A stretch of 64,000 nt of DNA, taken from sequence record NC_070998.1. One strand, written 5' to 3'. The first letter of the stretch is position 1. Each line of letters opens with the position of its first letter. The position numbers were made by a program, and so were the translations under genes. Positions 29,982-40,045 of the stretch are shown in pieces. The notes below the pieces were generated by a model. The model saw only the letters and a list, made by a program, of their open reading frames with translations. It did not search any database and was not told the DNA's origin.

Positions 29982-30341
29982 ATGAAATTACGTATGGATG
30001 TATTGAAAAGTAACATTGGTTCTAAAAGTGTAGAACTTGTTAAGTTTATTCGTAAAGAGATTGAAGAGGTCAGTTTTGCTATAACTGTTGATATGGATTA
30101 CCGGATGGTAATGAAACCAGCTTACGGATCACTTTACTCCACTTCCGTAATTGATACAGTTACCAAAGAAGTAAAGGATGAGGTAAACCATAGACAACGT
30201 TTCTTTGGTCATCTGGAAAGATTACACGGTAACGATATACCTTGTTGGAATTTTGTTTGGGATGAAGACAACAAGGTATTTAACTATGGCTGGGATAAAT
30301 ACGGTAGATTAGTAAAAATAGATTTAGGGATTTTTCACTAA
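29982..30341 (+). CDS. Chimeric kinase-like protein A2 (C-terminal half only)
   Basis: C-terminal WDEDNKVFNYGWDKYGRLVK matches A1; unrelated N-terminus lacks Gly loop and VIK. Confidence 0.62.
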   Translation: MKLRMDVLKSNIGSKSVELVKFIRKEIEEVSFAITVDMDYRMVMKPAYGSLYSTSVIDTVTKEVKDEVNHRQRFFGHLERLHGNDIPCWNFVWDEDNKVFNYGWDKYGRLVKIDLGIFH

Positions 30342-30706
30342 TGTTTATTAATCGTAAAGGATGTACTAGAACGGTTTTGGTTTTTAATGACTTTGTGATT
30401 AAAATTCCAACCTTAAACTCTTGGGAGCTTTTTCTTCATGGTCTGCTGGCAAATATTACTGAAGAAAGGTTTAGTAGGGAGTTAGATAATCGATTAGGTC
30501 TAGTCCCCATGTATTATGGTAGTAAGCTGGGGATTTATGTTGTTAGTAAAAGAGCCAGAGAAGTAAAGCACCGTGGGTTGTTCTGGGTAGAATTGGGAAG
30601 ATTAGCGGCCTTATCAGATCTTCATCCTGACTTTTGGTATCACGATGCAAAACCCGAAAACTTTGGATATATTAATAATCAACTTGTAAAAATTGACCTA
30701 GGTTAG
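30341..30706 (+). CDS. Minimal protein-kinase-like protein B2
   Basis: GCTRTV, VIK, NITEE, HDAKPENFG, terminal VKIDLG; 121 aa; TAATG coupling. Confidence 0.72.
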   Translation: MFINRKGCTRTVLVFNDFVIKIPTLNSWELFLHGLLANITEERFSRELDNRLGLVPMYYGSKLGIYVVSKRAREVKHRGLFWVELGRLAALSDLHPDFWYHDAKPENFGYINNQLVKIDLG

Positions 30707-30715
30707 GAGTAGCAT

Positions 30716-30757
30716 ATGAACTTTGATCAAATTAAGAAACGCGGACTAAATACATAA
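30716..30757 (+). pseudogene. Truncated copy of the 5' end of 24892..25506
   Basis: MNFDQIKKR-GLNT*; ATGAACTTTGATCAAATTAAGAAACG identical to the sequence at 24892. Confidence 0.8.
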
Positions 30758-30774
30758 GACAATTTAATTTAGGT

Positions 30775-30800
30775 TCTATAATTTTTCACATAGATATTAT
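30775..30800 (+). promoter_or_regulatory. Variant early promoter
   Basis: TTCTATAATTTTTCACATAGATATTAT. Confidence 0.6.
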
Positions 30801-30843
30801 TTCTATGTAATGTTACAATATGTATTTCAAAGGAGTGTAGAAA

Positions 30844-31329
30844 ATGTCTGTTATTGAAAGTGTAAGTGAACTGAAGACTTTGACCAAAGCGTGTTTGAAG
30901 ACTGTAATGTTTCATAACGTCTTTATTCACTCCGGTGATTATCAATTCCGTAAGTTGAAAGGAAATCTTCTCATGGAATTGAAAGTGGAACTTCTTGATG
31001 GTAAACGGATGCTCAACATCTACATTCATGGAAGTTCTGGTAACACTAAACAACTTCTTTCACTTTCTCTTGGTGATTGCAAGTCCTGGTACAATAAGGA
31101 TTTCATCAGGGTTATTGAGCGAGCTTTGGTAAAACAGATGTTTGTTCGTCTAGGTGAAACCAAACAGATGGTATTTGATGATCTCGATTACTATTATGTT
31201 TACACTAAGAAATTGGATAAAGTTATCTGTAACGAAGTAGAACAAGCTATGAGTAATTTCCATTCTGGGGTGAGAGTTGTTAAAGCTCCATTTAGGAAGT
31301 TGCTAGAAACCCCTGTAGAACTCGTTTAA
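30844..31329 (+). CDS. Hypothetical early protein
   Basis: 161 aa, AAGGAG SD. Confidence 0.72.
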   Translation: MSVIESVSELKTLTKACLKTVMFHNVFIHSGDYQFRKLKGNLLMELKVELLDGKRMLNIYIHGSSGNTKQLLSLSLGDCKSWYNKDFIRVIERALVKQMFVRLGETKQMVFDDLDYYYVYTKKLDKVICNEVEQAMSNFHSGVRVVKAPFRKLLETPVELV

Positions 31330-31364
31330 ATAATAATTTTCTATTAAAGTCTAGGAGAAAGTAA

Positions 31365-32108
31365 ATGAAAATTTCTATTAAGCAATGTATGCAAGCAACT
31401 CCGGCGATCATTGATCAAGTTTTTGTACATATCAACATGTACTTGAAACGTGCAGTTCATAACAACCATCTTGTTCCATTTAAAGTTTATGGATTCGATT
31501 GTAAGCTGATTTTTATCAACGATGTGGACCAAGGTATCAAGATTGGTTTGAATATTGGAAATATCTCACACATTGATTTTATTATCAAGAAAGAAGACGT
31601 CGAGATTGGTGTGGTAAATATCGAGCATGTAAAAGAATATGTCAATGAACAAATGTTCAAAATTATCACTCGTCTGTTTTATCAATTGTTCACTTACGAC
31701 GAAATTAACAATTTGGTTAAAGAGTATGGAGAATGTGACTATGGTGACATTTCTCACCTGTTTAATAAACATTACCCCTCAATAGAAGTTCAGAAACGTA
31801 CTAATGGGTATCGTTACTATACCTGGGTGGGGATTCCTAAAGCTGATGAAGCAACATTACGTTTTGAAAACATTGTTCAAAATTCCATGTTTATGCCATT
31901 GAGCGATATTGGTGAAGTTTCTATCTTTGATAAGGAATTTACAACTTTCGAAATGTCAAATGAGATTTCTAATCGTCCCATTGAAATTCCTGCCGAACAA
32001 GTTTACTATGCTTGTAAGGTAATTGACAACTTTTGCTATGATTTGACCTTCCTTTGCATGAAGGGAGAATATAAACCAGAGTGGTTAAATACCATGGTTT
32101 CAATCTAA
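31365..32108 (+). CDS. Hypothetical early protein
   Basis: 247 aa, TCTAGGAG leader. Confidence 0.72.
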   Translation: MKISIKQCMQATPAIIDQVFVHINMYLKRAVHNNHLVPFKVYGFDCKLIFINDVDQGIKIGLNIGNISHIDFIIKKEDVEIGVVNIEHVKEYVNEQMFKIITRLFYQLFTYDEINNLVKEYGECDYGDISHLFNKHYPSIEVQKRTNGYRYYTWVGIPKADEATLRFENIVQNSMFMPLSDIGEVSIFDKEFTTFEMSNEISNRPIEIPAEQVYYACKVIDNFCYDLTFLCMKGEYKPEWLNTMVSI

Positions 32109-32133
32109 TAGCAAATAAAATGGGATAAAACGA

Positions 32134-32502
32134 ATGCAACAAGTAGATAGTAAGTTTGAAAAGAAAATGGTAGTTTTTCTTAACAGTTTGATTAATCAGA
32201 CTAAGAAAAACAAGATTGAACTTAACAGTAAAGCCGAATTCAATATAGATGGCAAAACTGTTGTGTTCACCGCCCTACCTGAATTTCGTAAATATGGAAG
32301 TTTCCAAGTTTGTAACTGGAATAGTCCTGTTTATAATAGTAACAAAGAAAGTGTAATAGCTTCTTTCAAACTGAAATTGAACGGAAACATGTTTGGTAAG
32401 TTTAGCGTTCATGTAAAACATGTGATAGGGGATGTTCCCGAGCACGAACTTATCAAACTCTCTCGTGAAATGAAACAGAACCTGATGGCCAGTTTAAACT
32501 AG
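32134..32502 (+). CDS. Hypothetical early protein
   Basis: 122 aa, GGGA SD. Confidence 0.68.
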   Translation: MQQVDSKFEKKMVVFLNSLINQTKKNKIELNSKAEFNIDGKTVVFTALPEFRKYGSFQVCNWNSPVYNSNKESVIASFKLKLNGNMFGKFSVHVKHVIGDVPEHELIKLSREMKQNLMASLN

Positions 32503-32513
32503 TCTAGGAGATA

Positions 32514-33149
32514 GTGCAAATGGAAATGACTGTTAGCGTAACCGAGTTCACTGATAACACCACTTTATTTTGGCAAGGTGTTGAAACCGCTCGTAAGAAC
32601 TTCAAACAAACCCAGGTAGTGGGGTTTAGTAATATCATTGAACTGAATGAAACTATTAAAGTGGAGTTCTGGAATCAGTGTAATGAAGAAGGCGATCTTA
32701 ATGTAAGCTGTTTGGTTCCTGGCTTGGGTTCTTCCGGTACTCTGGGGTTTAGCTACTCCGAGGTACAAGAAGATGAGATTCCTGAAGAAGCGTATGGTAA
32801 TCACCTGTTGATCTTTATTAACAGCCTAGTTAAACATCTTGGTCACAAAGCTTATCAACAGTGGTGCGAAGAAACCGACTTTATAAGTTACATTGATCAG
32901 CTCAATACTGATAGGATGACTGAACTTCTTCCCAAAGGGTTTGGTCTGATTCTGGAACCAGAAGTGCGTGGGTATGATCTTCAAGTGGTTGATAGTGAAG
33001 GTCAGTTGCTATACCGCGCATCTGGAGAAAACGTTCTTGACTTTGAAGAGAACACTTCCTGGGATAAGCTTAAGCTGGAGATTAAACTTGCTTGGATGAC
33101 TGTTTATGTAAATGGTCTTGCTTTCAAAGATCAGAAAGTTATTATTTAA
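32514..33149 (+). CDS. Hypothetical early protein
   Basis: 211 aa, TCTAGGAG leader, hairpin at 33158..33187. Confidence 0.72.
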   Translation: MQMEMTVSVTEFTDNTTLFWQGVETARKNFKQTQVVGFSNIIELNETIKVEFWNQCNEEGDLNVSCLVPGLGSSGTLGFSYSEVQEDEIPEEAYGNHLLIFINSLVKHLGHKAYQQWCEETDFISYIDQLNTDRMTELLPKGFGLILEPEVRGYDLQVVDSEGQLLYRASGENVLDFEENTSWDKLKLEIKLAWMTVYVNGLAFKDQKVII

Positions 33150-33226
33150 ACCTATCTAGAGTAATCCAGGATTTCCTGGATTACTCTTTTAAGTCTAGTT
33201 GAATAAGTACGATAGGAATAATTATA

Positions 33227-33691
33227 ATGATGAAAGAAGGTAGGATAAGTTATGTAATAGATGGAAATAAAGTTGTATTTCATGATAATCAACTAAATGG
33301 TAGTTTAGTATTGTATTTCAAACCTTTGAATCCTAAGCAAGGGTCAGATTTGATGTATGGTACTTTAAACGATATCTTGTTGTCGTTGAAGAGAAAAGAA
33401 CTTATCTTGGAGTTATTCGGAATCACCAGAATAGATGTTCAAAAAGACATCATACTTAGAGGTAAGATTTTTCTTAAATCTAGTTTCTTATTTGATCCTG
33501 AATTGAACAATTCTAAACTATACTTTGTTTCTATTAAAAGTCGCTGTGTAATTAACGAATCAGAGATTTCTCACTTTGGTGATACAAGACATGGATTGAT
33601 TAGATTTGATCACTGTAACATCTCCAAAGAAGATTTTGTAAGACTTCCAGCAGGAAGAGAAATTACTGTTATAAACAACCAGATCCATTAA
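33227..33691 (+). CDS. Hypothetical protein, paralog of 9846..10322
   Basis: 154 aa, LILELFG motif. Confidence 0.7.
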   Translation: MMKEGRISYVIDGNKVVFHDNQLNGSLVLYFKPLNPKQGSDLMYGTLNDILLSLKRKELILELFGITRIDVQKDIILRGKIFLKSSFLFDPELNNSKLYFVSIKSRCVINESEISHFGDTRHGLIRFDHCNISKEDFVRLPAGREITVINNQIH

Positions 33692-33708
33692 TCTAGAAAG
33701 AGGTCATT

Positions 33709-35241
33709 ATGAACGCTAAATTCATTATTGAACAAATCGTTATGTCAATGTCGTTTTTGAAAGCTGATCAATTTACCGAGCATAAGTTTATTAAACAGGA
33801 AGATGAACACGGGATGTATACGTGTTTGAAAACTGTCATTAATCATCCTGAAACTGGTCACTTGCAAAATAAAGTTGGTGTTGCTACAATTTTAGAGGAT
33901 ATCAAAGAAAAATTAGGAACTATATTTTTCAATTGGAGTTATCTCCTGGATGTTCTCTCCGAGATTAACAAATTAGAAAATATAGAAGAATACAAGGACG
34001 TGTTAGAGAATTTTCATTATCATTTATTAGAAAGGGCATTGACCCGCAAGGTAGATCTTTTTCTAGGTGAGGTGAACCAAGACGATCTGGCGGATCGTCG
34101 CGCTATACTTGTGCGAGCTTTTCAGGGTCATTACTTAAACCTCCATTTATTTAATGAAACCATAGAACGTGCTTTTGATCTTAATCTTGGTAAACAAATG
34201 GAGTTACTTGTCGATGTATTCAATATTCCCCAAGAGATGGTTGAAGCTATCCTAGAAAAAGAAGATTCTTACGACCGTCGAGTTTTTACTATCAGTTCAC
34301 TCCGAGATTTCTTATTTGATAAAGAACCTTCTCCATCCAAACCAAAGGGTGATGCCGTTTCGGATGACACTCAAGCGGTTCAAGAAATTCTAAATAAACC
34401 AATTAAGGACAAAGATATGAAACAAGAACAATTTTACACCAAACTGTATTTCTACACTGACGCAAAACACATTATCTTCTCAGATGGTAAAGCTCAGGAC
34501 ATTGCTGAATGTTTCTCGAAACTATCTCCAGCTGATCAAGCTTCTGTTTGCTACGAGTTTGGTATTTTGGCTTCAGACATTCAGTATGTTCCGGGGATTG
34601 CCAATGTACTTGCAACTATGTTCATGAATATGGATATGCAAAATCTTAAGCGCAAACTTTCAGATCTGGTTTCTTGTGGATTTATTGAAGAACTACACGA
34701 TCGTCTCGACGGTTGTAAAACCTGGGAAGATGCCAATAAACTTCACAAATATGTAATGGTGACTTTCAATGGAATGAAAATTCCAGATCTGAAGGATATC
34801 ATTGTTAAATACATGTCTTTGGATAATCACGATCAGTTTGATCACAATGGGACACAGCTAGCTGGTTTCTTTGCTGGTGTAATTTATGCTGATGCGATGA
34901 CCATGGTTAAACGTCATGAAGAACAACTACACATGCCTAATGTGGTATCTCCGACTGATTTTGGGGTGATTAGTGACGATGTTGGTGAACTTTACATCCC
35001 TGATATTTATGACCGCAATTTTGGTGCCGGGCTGCTAAAGAGTAAACAAGAAACCCAGCGCTCTAAATCAGAACAAGCATCAGACATTACTATGGACGAT
35101 GTTCTCGACATAGTGTTTGGACGACGTTCCTTCAGCGATAAAGAAAATGAACCCAAGCAACCAGTAAAAGAACAACAGAAAAACATTTTAGAAGACAATC
35201 GCAAAGTGCAGCGCCCTCGCATCATCATTATCAAACGTTAA
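33709..35241 (+). CDS. Hypothetical protein (510 aa), possible internal start at 34417
   Basis: GAGGT SD, terminator at 35248..35279. Confidence 0.75.
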   Translation: MNAKFIIEQIVMSMSFLKADQFTEHKFIKQEDEHGMYTCLKTVINHPETGHLQNKVGVATILEDIKEKLGTIFFNWSYLLDVLSEINKLENIEEYKDVLENFHYHLLERALTRKVDLFLGEVNQDDLADRRAILVRAFQGHYLNLHLFNETIERAFDLNLGKQMELLVDVFNIPQEMVEAILEKEDSYDRRVFTISSLRDFLFDKEPSPSKPKGDAVSDDTQAVQEILNKPIKDKDMKQEQFYTKLYFYTDAKHIIFSDGKAQDIAECFSKLSPADQASVCYEFGILASDIQYVPGIANVLATMFMNMDMQNLKRKLSDLVSCGFIEELHDRLDGCKTWEDANKLHKYVMVTFNGMKIPDLKDIIVKYMSLDNHDQFDHNGTQLAGFFAGVIYADAMTMVKRHEEQLHMPNVVSPTDFGVISDDVGELYIPDIYDRNFGAGLLKSKQETQRSKSEQASDITMDDVLDIVFGRRSFSDKENEPKQPVKEQQKNILEDNRKVQRPRIIIIKR

Positions 35242-35304
35242 CATTTATACCCTCTACACCTTTGCAGGTGTAGAGGGTAGCTTAGCCTATTAAAATTTTG
35301 TCTA

Positions 35305-35331
35305 TTCTATAATTTTTCAAACCTATATTAT
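35305..35331 (+). promoter_or_regulatory. Early promoter
   Basis: TTCTATAATTTTTCAAACCTATATTAT. Confidence 0.75.
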
Positions 35332-35427
35332 TATTGTGTACCAGTAGGAAGAGTTTTAATTTTGACTAAGGAGTTTATCATGTAACTATAATCAAATCAC
35401 CTATCTAATTAGCACAGGGTCACTAGG

Positions 35428-35799
35428 ATGAACAAATCAGATTTAATAAAGAAAATATTCCTAGGAGAACTCTTTGAAGAAAAACCTAAGAGTTACCCCA
35501 AAGTTTATTTTATCAAAGGTATGTTGCGAGATGATAACTTAAGGTTCTTTTCCACGTTCAGATATCGGGTTAATAAACAAGATGTTATTATTGTCTCTAT
35601 CAAGATTGCTCTTGATAATCCAGAGAACAATGTATGTGTTTCATTGATCCATATTAAACCAATGAAAAAGTTCACTAAATCGATATTTCGCAAATCCTAT
35701 CGAGTACTTTACAAAGGGATGGATGAGATCATTTCATCGTCATCTATTCTCCTTGCAGAGAAACTAGACAAGCTTGAGGAAAGCTTTAATGTCAAATAG
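35428..35799 (+). CDS. Hypothetical basic protein
   Basis: 123 aa ORF downstream of an early promoter. Confidence 0.62.
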   Translation: MNKSDLIKKIFLGELFEEKPKSYPKVYFIKGMLRDDNLRFFSTFRYRVNKQDVIIVSIKIALDNPENNVCVSLIHIKPMKKFTKSIFRKSYRVLYKGMDEIISSSSILLAEKLDKLEESFNVK

Positions 35800-36181
35800 T
35801 GTAGAAAAGTTAATCGTTATGATCAAGCGGGATGTGGGCGAGTTCCTTGATATGATCAAGAGTAAACCGTTTCCTTCTGAAATCAAAACTGAAGAAGCTA
35901 AAATGTTCAGTTTCAGTACCACTTGTACCGGAACTGAATTTAAGATCTCTGTTACAGCCTTAAAGACAGAATTCGCAGGTAAGTTTCTGATATACATAAA
36001 TACTGCGTTTATGTCAGAGCCTAAAACAAAAGAATCAATTATTATCCACGGAGTTCCTCTTCACGGTACTTACGAGTCAACTCATGCTCTTGAGAATATC
36101 GAAGAAGAAGATCAACTGGATAGTGAAATCTATCGACTGATTGAAGAATCTCTTGAACAACATATCAGTCATGCTTTGTAA
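35789..36181 (+). CDS. Hypothetical protein
   Basis: In-frame ATG at 35789 after GAGGA SD (track start 35774). Confidence 0.65.
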   Translation: MSNSVEKLIVMIKRDVGEFLDMIKSKPFPSEIKTEEAKMFSFSTTCTGTEFKISVTALKTEFAGKFLIYINTAFMSEPKTKESIIIHGVPLHGTYESTHALENIEEEDQLDSEIYRLIEESLEQHISHAL

Positions 36182-36304
36182 CGCTCTGTATTGCGTTTAA
36201 ATCAATTTCTTTATTAAATACGTACGATTCAATACTTTAGAGAAAAGAATCGTTTACAAGAGCTCTCAGCTCGTTTTAATCAATATGTTATCTAGGAGAA
36301 GAAA

Positions 36305-37255
36305 ATGGATCGTTGCTTCAATATCTATGGTGCTGGTGGTGCTGGTATTAACATTCTGAACCAACTACTCAAAGAGTCCAAGTCCCAGCAGTTTATCAAA
36401 CAAGTGGTTGGTCTAGATACTTCTGACGCCAACCCGGCTATCGATGGACTGTTTGAAATCGAACGCCTGGGTGATACTCGTGGCTCTGGTTCTGATAAGA
36501 GTGCCAACATCTCCCGTTATCCGGACTTCGTAAAACAAGTTCTGGCTAAACACCAACCTAACAGTATTAACATCGTGGTGTTCTCAGCCGCTGGTGGTTC
36601 AGGTTCTGGTATTGGGCCTTTCCTGGTACGCGCCATGTTGGAACGTGATATCCCAGTTCTGTCGGTAGTTATTGGTGATACAACTTCTATTAAAGAGTTT
36701 GATAACACCATCTCCACCCTGCGTTCTCTGAATGCTCAGACTAAACTTGGTTGCCCGGTGTTGTTCGCTTATCGTGAAAACCAACTTGGCCGAACCCAAG
36801 GTGAAGTTAACCGTAACGTGCTGGAAGTAATTAACAATGCCATCATGATGTTCAATCTACAAAACGAACGTATTGATTACGCTGATGTTAAGAACTTTTT
36901 CTTCTTTACCAATGTGGTTAAAGCAGATCCGATTCTTACTCAAGTATCGTTCTGTAACGATGAGAATGTGAAAGACTACAAGCGCACCCCAGTTGCTTGT
37001 ATCTCTCTGTTCAATGACATTGATCAAATCAAAGCTCCGTTCGATAATCTCCTGTATCGCAAAGCCGGTTTGTTCGGACCTGAAACAGAAGGTCTGATTA
37101 ACGCAGCTCACGCTCTGCTTGATCACGGTTCTACTCTTAATGAGTTGGAAGTAATGATGAAGCAACAAGAGACCAAACAGGCTGAACTCTCTGGTAAATA
37201 CAAAGTACAAAAAGATCTGAGCCAAGGTTCTGATGACCACGGTATGTTCTGTTAA
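36305..37255 (+). CDS. phuZ: Phage tubulin PhuZ
   Basis: GAGGAGINI, GSGSDK and SAAGGSGSGIG tubulin signature; 316 aa. Confidence 0.93.
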   Translation: MDRCFNIYGAGGAGINILNQLLKESKSQQFIKQVVGLDTSDANPAIDGLFEIERLGDTRGSGSDKSANISRYPDFVKQVLAKHQPNSINIVVFSAAGGSGSGIGPFLVRAMLERDIPVLSVVIGDTTSIKEFDNTISTLRSLNAQTKLGCPVLFAYRENQLGRTQGEVNRNVLEVINNAIMMFNLQNERIDYADVKNFFFFTNVVKADPILTQVSFCNDENVKDYKRTPVACISLFNDIDQIKAPFDNLLYRKAGLFGPETEGLINAAHALLDHGSTLNELEVMMKQQETKQAELSGKYKVQKDLSQGSDDHGMFC

Positions 37256-37299
37256 TATAAATGGAGTAGAGGAGGGGATTAACCCTCCTCTAACTTATT

Positions 37300-37578
37300 A
37301 TGCAAATTCTTTTTAATCTGTCTAGTATAGGCAACAACTTAACTGTATTGTCGGAAGCTAAAGAGAGTTTGGCATATTCCATTTTACAAGACGCGTGTCT
37401 TGACCATGGTATCCCTCTCCCACCTTCGTCGTATAGTAGAAGTCTCTCCCATGAACACAGTTATCTTTTTGAATTGGTGAAGGGATATGTGGATGAGAAA
37501 CTACTCACTGTACCCACCCCGAGTTACGCGACCTTAACCAACCTAGGTCATCTTCACTTTCAACTCGATATTACTTAA
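37300..37578 (+). CDS. Hypothetical protein
   Basis: 92 aa, first gene of a tightly packed cluster. Confidence 0.55.
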   Translation: MQILFNLSSIGNNLTVLSEAKESLAYSILQDACLDHGIPLPPSSYSRSLSHEHSYLFELVKGYVDEKLLTVPTPSYATLTNLGHLHFQLDIT

Positions 37579-37590
37579 CAAGGCCTGGTT

Positions 37591-38070
37591 ATGTTTCATA
37601 TCGATTACAATTTACTAAAATCACAAGTTGCTCTTACCTGTGTAATGTCAGGCGGACAAGCGACAGAAACTCTGGACTACAATAATGCTATCTATTACAG
37701 TAAACTCGCTCTAGATTGTATTGTTCATGTTCTCAATGATAAAGTAAATAAACCTGAAGAATCATTTTACCTGTATTGCGAAGAGTACCACAAGAACGAT
37801 TGTCAATTCACCTTCCTTGGAGAAATTGTTATTGGAATGGTGTTAGATATCAAAAGACAGTTCTACACCTCAGGTTTTGATCCACGGTTGAAGTATAAAC
37901 TACTTGAACGTAAATTTAATAATATTCCTTGTTATCGCATCTGCATGGATTTAGAAGAGACGTTCCTCTTCTTTACTCCTAAGGAAGATAAGGAAGATGT
38001 TTCTCAAGCTGTATCTGATGATCCATCTCAGGAGATGTTAAATGAGCTCTTTGGGATTTACAGTCATTAA
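37591..38070 (+). CDS. Hypothetical protein
   Basis: 159 aa, packed operon. Confidence 0.65.
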   Translation: MFHIDYNLLKSQVALTCVMSGGQATETLDYNNAIYYSKLALDCIVHVLNDKVNKPEESFYLYCEEYHKNDCQFTFLGEIVIGMVLDIKRQFYTSGFDPRLKYKLLERKFNNIPCYRICMDLEETFLFFTPKEDKEDVSQAVSDDPSQEMLNELFGIYSH

Positions 38071-38488
38071 CTTCACCAACTTCTTTCCGTTTATAGAGCA
38101 AGCTCTTGATGAGAAAGGAATGTACTCATCAAGAATGATAGTTAGAAAAGATTATCCATTCCTTGTTCCTGCGTTTCAAACATATCTAATTAGAAAGTGT
38201 GGTGTATTCTCTTTAGTTGGTTATGTAGAAGAACCGGTATTAACATCCTGGTTTGATTTTGAAACGTTAATAGAAGAGTTTGATGATTTACTACTACAGT
38301 TTAGAGAGTACCTCATATCTAATTTAGGGCTAGATCTACAAGCCAGGTATACTCTGGTTCGTTATCTGGATAATTTCAACTTTATCATTGCACAAGGAGA
38401 ACAGGATGATCCGGTACTCGACCACCAACATTCATCCCTTGTGGATGATTGTGAACAAGTGGTCACTGAATGCGACCCGTTTCTTTGA
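38042..38488 (+). CDS. Hypothetical protein
   Basis: 148 aa, AGGAG SD, overlaps upstream gene. Confidence 0.6.
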   Translation: MSSLGFTVINFTNFFPFIEQALDEKGMYSSRMIVRKDYPFLVPAFQTYLIRKCGVFSLVGYVEEPVLTSWFDFETLIEEFDDLLLQFREYLISNLGLDLQARYTLVRYLDNFNFIIAQGEQDDPVLDHQHSSLVDDCEQVVTECDPFL

Positions 38489-38699
38489 AATAGCGCAAGA
38501 GTATGTTCAAAATCGCAATCCTGAAGTTTTATCTATCAGGTTACAAATGCTGGAACCTACTCAAGGATTTATGTTAAATCAAGAAGTAAGACAACAGCTT
38601 GATTTACTTATCCAAACATTAGAATCTATTGAAGAATGGCAGAAGTGCTATTTCGAAAACCAACAGTTTATTGTTATAGAAGGGCAATTAAATGTCTGA
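38406..38699 (+). CDS. Hypothetical protein
   Basis: ATG at 38406 after AAGGAG SD (track start 38388). Confidence 0.58.
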   Translation: MIRYSTTNIHPLWMIVNKWSLNATRFFEIAQEYVQNRNPEVLSIRLQMLEPTQGFMLNQEVRQQLDLLIQTLESIEEWQKCYFENQQFIVIEGQLNV

Positions 38700-38994
38700 A
38701 CCTAAAATCTTTACCCAACTGATTACGTTCCCAGGTATTCCGATTGAGACTGTAACAAATGCAGTTGGTCTCCTTATGAATGTTCATGGCGTAGAGCATC
38801 AACTGACAGTTAACCCAGAAGGGTTTTCTAGTGATGCACTAGTAACTGGCGACGAGGTAGCTGATATTCGGGCCACTAATCAATATCTGGAACTTAACGG
38901 TTTGCTTGGTGGACTTTCTCGCGATCATGAGTTGGTAACTTGCGATACTAAGTCAGATGGCAAATGTCTACATCTGACCTTCACTTGTAAGTAA
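38692..38994 (+). CDS. Hypothetical protein
   Basis: 100 aa, overlap coupling. Confidence 0.65.
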   Translation: MSEPKIFTQLITFPGIPIETVTNAVGLLMNVHGVEHQLTVNPEGFSSDALVTGDEVADIRATNQYLELNGLLGGLSRDHELVTCDTKSDGKCLHLTFTCK

Positions 38995-39003
38995 GGACAC
39001 TAC

Positions 39004-39636
39004 ATGTTTGTCTACCTTAATGCGTTTAATTACGATGAACTCATTGGGGGAATCGTGGAGCGTTTAGGAATTCAAGACGAACCTTTGACCTATGAGATTT
39101 TGTTAAAGGCGTTCAAGAGTGTTTCAGAACGTTTAAAACGAAGGAAAGAGCTTCTTTCCTCCGCCAATGAAGATCCAGATAACGTAGTTGAAAAACTGGC
39201 TGATCGTTATTTAGAACTAGTTAGGATTTCTCCCCACTTTAACGATGAAACTAATCCGATCAGTTTTCTAGTAGAACTAATAGTGGGTTCAAAACCTCAA
39301 AGTGTTTGGGAAGGTTATGAAATCTACCGGATTCTTTCCGAGGTTCACCAAGAAGTTGGTAATGATAAAGATGGTTATTGCTTGGACATTGACCCGGACG
39401 AGGCTCTAGCTATCGCTGAAACTATTCTGGAACACATTGAAAGTAATAAACTGATTGGGGAAAATCCTTTAGATTCTTTCCTAGAAGAACACATCAAAAA
39501 TCAATTGATTGGCGATGAACCAGGTTCTTTACAGTTAGAAGTAATAGATTCCCCAGGTAAAGTAGTGAACTATGGAAATGCTTTGATAACATTACCCCTA
39601 TTACTTGCCAAGGTTGAACACTATGAAGTTATCTGA
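39004..39636 (+). CDS. Hypothetical protein
   Basis: 210 aa acidic, TAAGGA SD. Confidence 0.68.
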   Translation: MFVYLNAFNYDELIGGIVERLGIQDEPLTYEILLKAFKSVSERLKRRKELLSSANEDPDNVVEKLADRYLELVRISPHFNDETNPISFLVELIVGSKPQSVWEGYEIYRILSEVHQEVGNDKDGYCLDIDPDEALAIAETILEHIESNKLIGENPLDSFLEEHIKNQLIGDEPGSLQLEVIDSPGKVVNYGNALITLPLLLAKVEHYEVI

Positions 39637-40045
39637 AATCCAAAAAGGCGACCTAGTTAATTACGATATGATCACCCCAGGTATTTTTGGGGACCAGTAT
39701 CGAGGTGTTTTGGTAGCAGGCGTGGTTGATTATACAGTAGCTTCCAGTATTGATCCAGAGCTTAATGTAAAACACCAAGCTTTCTATCCAATGTTTAAAA
39801 ACACCGTGGATAACGTTAATGATCCATCTCGTTACGATTATCTGCTTATTAGACCAGACCCCACCCAATCTAATCTCTTGGTTATCGGTTATCCCTGGAT
39901 TAATCCAAGTTCCCTAGAAGTAACCAAAGGTCGCTCTGCCCTTATTACCATTACCACTTGGGAACAGCGCTTTGAAAGCCCTTTAAAAGACTTTCTAGCT
40001 AATCTAGGTGTTCCTTACACCATTGATGTTCGCGATAAGTCCTAA
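39623..40045 (+). CDS. Conserved phiKZ-like protein preceding DNA polymerase
   Basis: ATG at 39623; NDP..YDY and GYPWI motifs; terminator at 40061..40094. Confidence 0.62.
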   Translation: MKLSEIQKGDLVNYDMITPGIFGDQYRGVLVAGVVDYTVASSIDPELNVKHQAFYPMFKNTVDNVNDPSRYDYLLIRPDPTQSNLLVIGYPWINPSSLEVTKGRSALITITTWEQRFESPLKDFLANLGVPYTIDVRDKS

